From Piedraia hortae CBS 480.64 (Eukaryota): a stretch of 64,000 bases of DNA. The notes beneath the pieces are model-generated. The model saw nothing but the letters and a program-made list of their open reading frames with translations. It had not been told where the DNA came from and ran no database searches. Position numbers and translations under genes: made by a program. Of this stretch, positions 56,535 to 64,000 are shown one piece after another; position 1 is the stretch's first letter, and the number at the start of each line of letters is the position of its first letter. Location: contig MU005957.1 in NCBI GenBank assembly GCA_010093745.1, forward strand, positions 496,001 through 560,000, read 5' to 3'.

Positions 56535-58699
56535 GCTGGTGCGCTGAGGTTGAGGCTGGGAGGCCTTGAAAGCAGACGCGACTTGTAGTGGGCCATCATG
56601 GTGGAGTGAACGCATCTGAAGTGGCATGGTCGACATTGTGGAGGCCATGGTAAAGCCCAGGTGGCACATGACGCGATCAAGCAGCGCGACGAAGGTGAAA
56701 AGGAGTCCACATTCTCCATCATGGACTTGTTGTTTGAGACGGGGTGATGGCTTGAAGTTGCCAGTCCGCCAGCGGGATCTTGTCATGCAGCAATATCAAC
56801 GCTCTCATGTATGGGGCGAGGGCTGATACTTTCTTGGGATGTACGATCTACTTCATCGTACGACCTTGTAGAAATGGCAACAGGCTGAAGCTGTAAAACT
56901 CGCCGAAGGCTGCGGGTAGGACATGACAGTGGCGGAGAGGCTGTCTGGCAAGCCAGCCGAGGTGACTGAGGTCGTTCCGAACACTGAGAGCTTGTCACTG
57001 AGCACTGCCGTTGCTGGTCGTGACAGATCGATTCGATCGTACAGCGACTGATCCAGACATGTTAAAAAGTTGTGTGGTTGGAAGAGGCTATCACGAGCAA
57101 GGCCTCTCGTCCCCTGGCTGTTCCATGGATGTGGTTTGCCAGGTGCGCACGTACCGGGTACCGCATACGTGTGCTATACCGACCAGGCGCTCCTGTGTAG
57201 GATCCCGTGGGTATATAGCAGGCCCTCCGGACCTCGCTGGCTTGCATATAAGACAATATCTTGCTCGAGCCTGGGCCCGTGCCACACCCCATGTGCTTCC
57301 CCCGCAGAGACATTGAGTCTCCGACCCCTGGACGGGGATGCCAAAGCTCGATGGCTACATCCAAAATTTGAAGCCGCATCATCAATAGCTCCAAGCATCG
57401 AATGAAGTCGCACTTGTATATTGCGGATCCCTCTTCAAAGCGGATCACCTGTTCTCCCAGGGCTATTTTGTTGACCCTTGGGTATAGCGGGATACTCGGT
57501 AAAGACCCAAGCAAATATGAACCCGTGTCCCCTCACGGATTACCCATCCAAGGTTATATATGGGTTCAAGCATAACAGCGCTACGCTGGAAATTTCGACG
57601 AATGGCATGTATATACCCTCCGCGAGTGATGCGCACACATCCATGTGTGCGGAGGCGACATCCCCAATGGCGTTGTCGCTGATGATGTTGTGGTAAAGGA
57701 GAAACTCAAATCAAGGTGTGTTTGGGTGTGCGGCCATCTTGGCGTGGGTAAAGCAATGCACGGACCACGAACAGCGACTAGCGGGAGTTTACGCCTTGCT
57801 GCCTTACCCCGAACGGGTGGCAACTGTGTATAAAGTTGTTTGGGATGGAAGCATACTTTCGACCCCGAGCACTAGATTTCGCTGAACTCGAAGTGCGGTG
57901 CGAAAGATGTTGCCACGTTTATGGTGATGAGGAGTGGTGGTGTGTAAGAGAGAGTATTCGACGTGGCCTTGCTTTGAGTGTCGGTAGGAGGTGATCGCAC
58001 GGAATCCACGTCGGTCCGTGCATGGTTACCTTTCCTGAAAGGATAATCGTGTGCATGAGTCAGCTGGTGCAATGTGTTGTGACAATGCATTGTTGAGACC
58101 AGTTTCGAGTGCAAATGAGGCTTGTCAATGTAGGCGAGCCATTTGTTAACCTTTCGGACTTCTCTGGCATTCCGATCTGGCTGACTAAATCGGGAACCTT
58201 TCTCATATATTATCAATCGGCTTGTTTAGCTAAGCGTAGTTTGATTTGATTACACCAGTGGCAGACACGGGACTCCTTGTGCATTGTATGGTTTTACACT
58301 CACATGTAAAAGTCTCTAATTTTACTTTCATTGACTTGCATCCCTATTGAGTTATTGGAAAGGTACTATTGTCTTGATGATACTCTCGCTGAGGTCACAA
58401 GTCCTCTTGCTGCGTTAAGTTAGGGGTAAAAGGAAGTCTCTAACCATCGCATAAGAGTGTTCCCAATTCCAAAAGACAAATGGGGAAAGAGATATTTAAC
58501 TTAAAATCAGAGGATGGACGTTTGCACAGGACACTGTGGGCATATATGAAAAGCCTTAAAATCGCGAGATGCAGAGGGAATTTGTAAACTGGATGGACAA
58601 CAAGAGTGAACTGACTAATGGAAGGAGAGAAAGGCTAAGATATAACCACTAATGAGGACCTGCCCAGCGTGTTGGAGCTCCAACTACCGAAGCGCAATC

Positions 58700-59303
58700 T
58701 CTTGGTGCGGCGGGAAAACCCTTTATCTCGTTTTGGGTGAGACCGAGCTCATCCACCACATCGCGAACAGAAGCGTAAATTGCCCCGTTGATATGGTCCT
58801 TCGAAGTCGTCCCCATCGTTGTCATCGCTGCTGCTATCATCCACAGGCTCTTGGCCGCTTCCTTCATCATCACTAGAATTGTGGGCACACAGCATGCAAG
58901 CATACTGACACCTGCTTTCCGCCCATCAACCACAAGAAATGGGGGTAGAATGTCTCACTTGTAGAATTGTTTTTGGGAAGGGTGGCCCCGCAGCAAACGG
59001 AGAACCTTGCAAGCCTTCCTGTGGCCTCGAATTTTAGAGCGGGCGGCCTAGCCGTACGGAAGGCGGTTAAGGATGAAGTGTTTGTGTGGCCAGCCGTAAT
59101 CAAGGTCGGCGGCCCAGGGTTGGCCGATACCCTTGAGCCATCGACCGGCGTCTGGCTTTCCGACCGCGGAAGGGGTTAAGTTGGGGACTGTAGTGAAAAG
59201 TTAGGATGAGCCAATACAGGTGGGTTGGGGCTCAAGATATACCGGTAATGCCATCAGTGGTGTTTGCAATGTGAAGTTTAAGCGTTGCAGATGGTCCTGT
59301 CAT
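58700..59303 (-). pseudogene. Clr2 N-terminal-like copy 7
   Basis: MTGPSATLKLHIANTTDGIT, the same intron (GTATAT..CTAAC..CAG), RWLKGIGQPWAADLDYGWPHKHFILNRLPYG*, LRGHPSQKQF, FYPHFLWLMGGKQ, VRDVVDELGLTQNE. Confidence 0.8.
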
Positions 59304-60771
59304 GCTGGTGGGCAGTGGCTGGGGTAGCGAAGAGTCGGAAGACATGTTGGTGTTCATTCGTGGAGCCTGGGAACAATTGGAGAGAATATAAGGCGAAAAA
59401 GAACCAGGCGCGGCGTGTAATAGGCCATTGTGGTTGTGTGAATGGGTCTGTAGCGGTGTTGTGGAGTTTCATTTTGAGCCGGTGGCATACGGGCATCGGA
59501 TTTGGGGAAAACCGATTTGGCATAATTTCACTGTGAATGGGACAATGAACAATGGTCACGGCGATTAAAGGAGCCTAGAATAGTGTTGTTCGAAATTTCA
59601 GAGCATATACATGGAAAGGAACCAGTTCGTAACCGTATACGGTGGTTGCATGGCGCTCTTTGCACTAAAGCGTTGATTCAAAGCGTGGACGGTGTGGGGA
59701 TCCAGTCGACTTGCCTGTAACTGATCCTTTGCCATTGAGATGGTGTCTATCAATGCCAGTTCATACGCTAAATTGTCTCAGTCTCTGAAGCCCAGTCTCT
59801 GAAGACCAATTACCCACCCATACAACACCTTTCTCCTTCCAACGCTCCGACCTAGTCATTCCGTCCCTTGCCCATCATAACACACAAAGTCTGACTGTTT
59901 CAAATAAGAACCACCCTCCCTGCTATCCTGACAACTTAAGCAAACGGTCAGGTGGGCGGGCGAAACGAACTTGATACAGGTAGCTGACAACATGGTCCAA
60001 TCGGTGTGTTTGTCTCGAAGACCGTCAAAGCTACGAAACCTTTCGCGAAACGGGCTAAGACTGAATGGTTGGACGCCGTTAATTCTATCTGCAAAACAAT
60101 GTGAGAAGCTTCATTCATCTCCAGGCACTCACTCATCGGCCAAGCAAAGTATTTGCAATTCAACGCTACTTTCGCCATTATGCTCAAAACGCTCATGCCA
60201 ATTCGATAATGCTTATTATCCATTGGGAAGCCTTATTCAACCATATGCACTCGTCAGCCTAGCAAACATTTGCGATGGACGTCACAGTAGTTATCGGCAA
60301 GCCATGCAGGAAGTTGTACAGGACAAGAACAAGGACGGAGCGTTTGAGTTTCAGAGGGAAGTATATTGGTTGTGTCGCCAAGCGGGATGAAATATTGGTA
60401 GCGAATAAGCAGTCAATGCTGCCGTGGAGGATGTAGAATTTTAGAATTGCGGCGAAGGAGTCAGTGAGCATGATATCGTAGCCTGGTTGATTTCGCAAGA
60501 GTTCACGTAAATTGGAATGTATTGTGTGAAGATGGTGGCCATCAGATACCAGAACTTATACGGGCTTACCTAAAACCACGTGCGGATAAACTCACGCCAT
60601 CTCACTGAGAAATACAAGGATCCCACCAACAATGTTCTCCCTACAACGAGGAGAACATTGACACAATTCTGATACTCTTTACGGTTTGCAGATGAGCAAA
60701 TGAACATACGAAGTCATCTAACTCAACGTCAACTACAACCAACTGCTTACCCTACCTCCATCGTCGAATCA

Positions 60772-62187
60772 TCACTCCCCCAACCCAACAACCCCCCTTT
60801 CCTGCACCAACTTCTCCACATCCTCAACCCTACTCGACACAGTCGTCAAATTCTCCCACCCCTCCTCGGTAACGACATAATCATCCTCGATCCTAACGCC
60901 CCCAACGTCCCAATACCTCCACAAAGTCTCCCTATCAACCACTCCCTCCCACATCCCCCGTTCAACCTCCTTCCTCAGCGCCTCCCTAAAATAAACCCCC
61001 GGCTCATTCGTCACCACCGCGCCGGCAGGCACCCTCCCCCGGATACGCAGGTACTTGAAAAACTCATCCGTCTCCTTCTCGGGCACATTCCCCCCAACAT
61101 CATGTGTATCCATACCCACATAATGCCCCAAACCGTGGGGAAAGAACCTCGTCGTAACTTTACTTTTCATGATCGCTTCGACAGAAGGGTTAAGGATGCC
61201 TAGACTACGAAGCCCCTCAGCCGCAGCGGTATGGGCAGCCATATGGCACTCCTCCCACATGACCCCGCCTTTGATAAGCCGTGCGGCTGCCTCCTGCATT
61301 TTCAGGACGAGGGAGTAGATTTCCCTGCTCTCGGGGGTGAATTTACCTGTTTTGGTGAGGGGGAAGGTGCGGGTTATGTCTGAGCAGTAGGTTTTGTATT
61401 CGCATCCCGCGTCGAGGAGGAGGTTGAGACGGCCGGTGAGGGGGGAGTCGTTGCGGACGTAGTGGAGCGTGGCGGCGTTGGAGCCGGATGCGCTGATGCA
61501 GGCGTAGGCCTGCTCTTTGCAGGAGTTGGCGTGGCAGTGCATTGTGAAGAGGGCGTTTAGTTCGCGCTCGTTGAGGGCTAGGGAGGAGGCCCGTTGGACT
61601 TGTTCGTGAGCCCATGAGGCGACGGCATTGGAGTAGCGGAGGAGGGATACTTCGTGGGCGTCTTTGACGATGCGGCAGGTTTCGATGGCGTGGCGGAGGG
61701 TGGTGTTGTCGAGGGGGGGTTGGGAGGGGAGGAGGGAGAGGCTTGTTCGCTCCGGGATGATCAGGATGCGGTGGGAAGTTGAGTGTGCGAGATGATGGAG
61801 TTTTTCCTTGACTTGGTCAGTGGTAAAGACGATGTCGACGTCGTAGTTCTCTTTGGCTTCGGCCGGGAGCATCGGCATCCCGGCCCAGAGGACCATTTGC
61901 TCGTCCACGGGAGGAATGAACAACGTGCTCTCGTCGTTGTCGGCATCGTAGACGAAGAAACAGTCTGGCAGTTCACAGCCGGTGAGGTAGAAGAAGTTGC
62001 GTCGCTGACGGAACCGGACTTCCTGGTCGTCGTCCTCGACCAGCTGCGTACTCTGGCCCTCGACGAAGCAGATGGCGCCCTTTGCCGAGCCGCCATCCGA
62101 CTCAATCTGCTTGACTACACGACGGCAGTGCGCCTTGGCAGGATACTTGTCCTGCGGCGGCACCAGCTTGGGATTGGCAATGGGCAT
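60772..62187 (-). CDS. Xaa-Pro aminopeptidase/prolidase (M24B)
   Basis: KYPAKAH, FRQRRNFFYLTG, ATLHY, LLDAGCE, SDITRTFP, FFPHGLGHYVGMDTHDVGG, TNEPGVYF, GGVRIEDD. Confidence 0.93.
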   Translation of the reverse strand: MPIANPKLVPPQDKYPAKAHCRRVVKQIESDGGSAKGAICFVEGQSTQLVEDDDQEVRFRQRRNFFYLTGCELPDCFFVYDADNDESTLFIPPVDEQMVLWAGMPMLPAEAKENYDVDIVFTTDQVKEKLHHLAHSTSHRILIIPERTSLSLLPSQPPLDNTTLRHAIETCRIVKDAHEVSLLRYSNAVASWAHEQVQRASSLALNERELNALFTMHCHANSCKEQAYACISASGSNAATLHYVRNDSPLTGRLNLLLDAGCEYKTYCSDITRTFPLTKTGKFTPESREIYSLVLKMQEAAARLIKGGVMWEECHMAAHTAAAEGLRSLGILNPSVEAIMKSKVTTRFFPHGLGHYVGMDTHDVGGNVPEKETDEFFKYLRIRGRVPAGAVVTNEPGVYFREALRKEVERGMWEGVVDRETLWRYWDVGGVRIEDDYVVTEEGWENLTTVSSRVEDVEKLVQERGVVGLGE

Positions 62188-62258
62188 TGTAGTGTTGGTG
62201 CAGAGAGAAAACGTCATGGCTACAGTGTCTAACTAGAAAAGAAAACAGCAAAGAATTA

Positions 62259-63101
62259 TTAGTCTCTCCAACGCGCAAGATATTTGGCCATGGCCGCATT
62301 CGGCTTCGATGCCGGCGCAGCCTGTAGACGTTAGCACCGCTGCCACAAGTGGCGGATTTGGCCTACCGTGTTCTCATGGCTTTTGACGCTGAACGTCTGC
62401 GACTCGGTGATGGTCAGCGTGATGCTGGGCAGCGGTAGCGCCGACTTGGCAATCGTGTAGCGGCTCGTCGGGAACAGCGGCGTCACCTTCTTGGCCGTGA
62501 TCTTGGTTGGCGGCACCGGCTGCATTGGCGCGTAGCGAATCAGCCCCGTCTGCAGGTTGTAGGGCACCGTGAAGGCCGCCGCTCCCGCCGCTGGAGCCTG
62601 ACCAGCAGCCCCCGCCGCCGCCCCGCCGCCGGCTACAGGCGCGTTGCCTACGTTATTGACCTTGGCGGGGCCTTTGGTGGTGCCGGGGACAGCGCTGGCA
62701 ATGTTGGCTGGCGTCTGGCCCGTCATACCCGACACGGTGAAGCGATCCGAGTAGTTGATGACGTTGCCGCCGCTCTTGGCCACGCTCGTCATGGCCAGGA
62801 AGAAGCCGTTCTTAACGCTGCTGGCCAGCCCCGGCGTGATCTGACACGTCGCTGAATTACTGCCGCTAAACTTGGCGCCGGCCACGCACGTCGTCAGCGG
62901 CAGCTGCGTGTTGGCCTCGTTGCCGCCGACGACCAGCGACAACGTGTACGACTCCAGGTCGGTAAGCGCCGGCTTATCGCCCGAATCTTTCCATTTGACC
63001 GTGATTGTGCCGGCAGCTATGGTTGACCCTGCGGCTGGTGATGTGATTTCCACGTCGGCGAGCGCAAGCGGGAGCAGGAGGGAGAGGAGCGGGATGCGCA
63101 T
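62259..63101 (-). CDS. KRE9: Kre9/Knh1 beta-1,6-glucan biosynthesis protein (intron 62322-62365)
   Basis: Signal peptide; INYSDRFTVSGMTG; FTVPYNLQTGLIRYAPMQ; SHENT/AAPASKPNAAMAKYLARWRD*. Confidence 0.9.
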
Positions 63102-64000
63102 GATGTTGTCAACGAGGTGGAGTGGCGTGTTGGGGTGGCGCAGCGAAGTTGGACTCAATCCCAACACCGAAAAACTAAAAGACCAGCTCTAAACGGACAG
63201 TACGGAATATCTGGATCGTTTAATGAAGTGTTTGTGTTCAGATCGCATGGTCACATGAGGGCCGTCGCCAGCTGAGATCTCGGGGCACATTTGTCGGTGG
63301 ATCAACAGGCACCGGTTCAGCAGTGACAATATCAATGAGCGAGAACAAGGGAAAGGTTTGGCCACCCTCTTTGCAGAAATCACAATGGAACAGTATCAAT
63401 ACGTTTGAGAGTGTCGTCAGCAATGCCCAATTGAATGGCCTATTAATGCTGCAACTGTGTAGATTGGTGGACGCCAACGTACAATCGTAACTAGAAGTAG
63501 CGGACACTGGATGCAGCGGATTCCTCTTCGTAGACGACTGCTAATTTGGCCTCCACGCACCTGTAGGCGCTTGGATGCATCACATCCTTGATGGCAAATA
63601 AGGACTCCTGTATCAGATTATCAGATCGATACATGCTATACCCTGGTTCGGCTGGGCCGTATGAGAGAGCAATTACTGGAGCGATTGCCCTGTCACGATG
63701 TTGGAGCCCTGCTTTGGGGCGTTGATGCCTATCATGCTTTCCGTTGACTTCAAGGAGTGGCAGTAGTGGCGTAAAGCAAGCGATGAAACGCTTGCCAGCG
63801 GTTAATGAAGAATGTCCAAGTCTTACCAAAGTTGACGTGTTGCCGCCAAAACTGTTTGCTTCACTTACCTGTCGATCAGCATCAATCATTGGTACTGCCA
63901 ACAAGCAACTGCACGCAGAGGGCTCAGCCACAGCGTTGTTATCTACCCCGGTCACGTGAATATAAAATAGGGTCATTTTCCAAGCATCGTTGCAACCGCC

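Noticed and set aside
57000..58220. Possible degraded gene or transposon in the third island
   Set aside because: No transposase, RT or other motif recognised in any frame.
59950..60500. Possible partner gene divergent from Clr2-like copy 7
   Set aside because: No visible similarity to the 10632/35467 partner, and the frames are interrupted.

Overview
This is a gene-dense, intron-poor filamentous ascomycete region. It looks Dothideomycete-like, which is an inference from the gene sequences and the short introns (mostly 44-60 nt) with CTRAC/CTAAT branch sites. Blocks of conserved housekeeping genes are packed with roughly 100-350 bp spacers, many as divergent pairs: LEU1 3' end, a PAN-CBM20-laccase, a class II aldolase, a GH71 glucanase, ALG7, SEH1, MRP21, SNU71, a RanBP1-domain gene, MMC1-like, MOSC-like, RAD55, PPT2, AP-2 beta, EMC4, GH2, CSM1, a C2H2 factor, a GDSL esterase, a cyclophilin, MRPS8, NUP170, an Xaa-Pro peptidase and KRE9. 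Three gene-poor islands interrupt them (about 4.3-12.9, 30.1-39.4 and 55-60.7 kb). Two things stand out. (1) A 1.15 kb non-coding array at 22950-24098 holds 26 copies of a near-invariant 10-mer, GGCTCATAAC, spaced every 42-48 bp by divergent spacers. (2) A dispersed family of at least 8 mostly decayed mini-genes encodes a Clr2 (SHREC silencing factor) N-terminal-like domain. All copies sit in the three islands, and two belong to a duplicated divergent two-gene cassette. All calls come from reading the sequence by eye; no searches were run.
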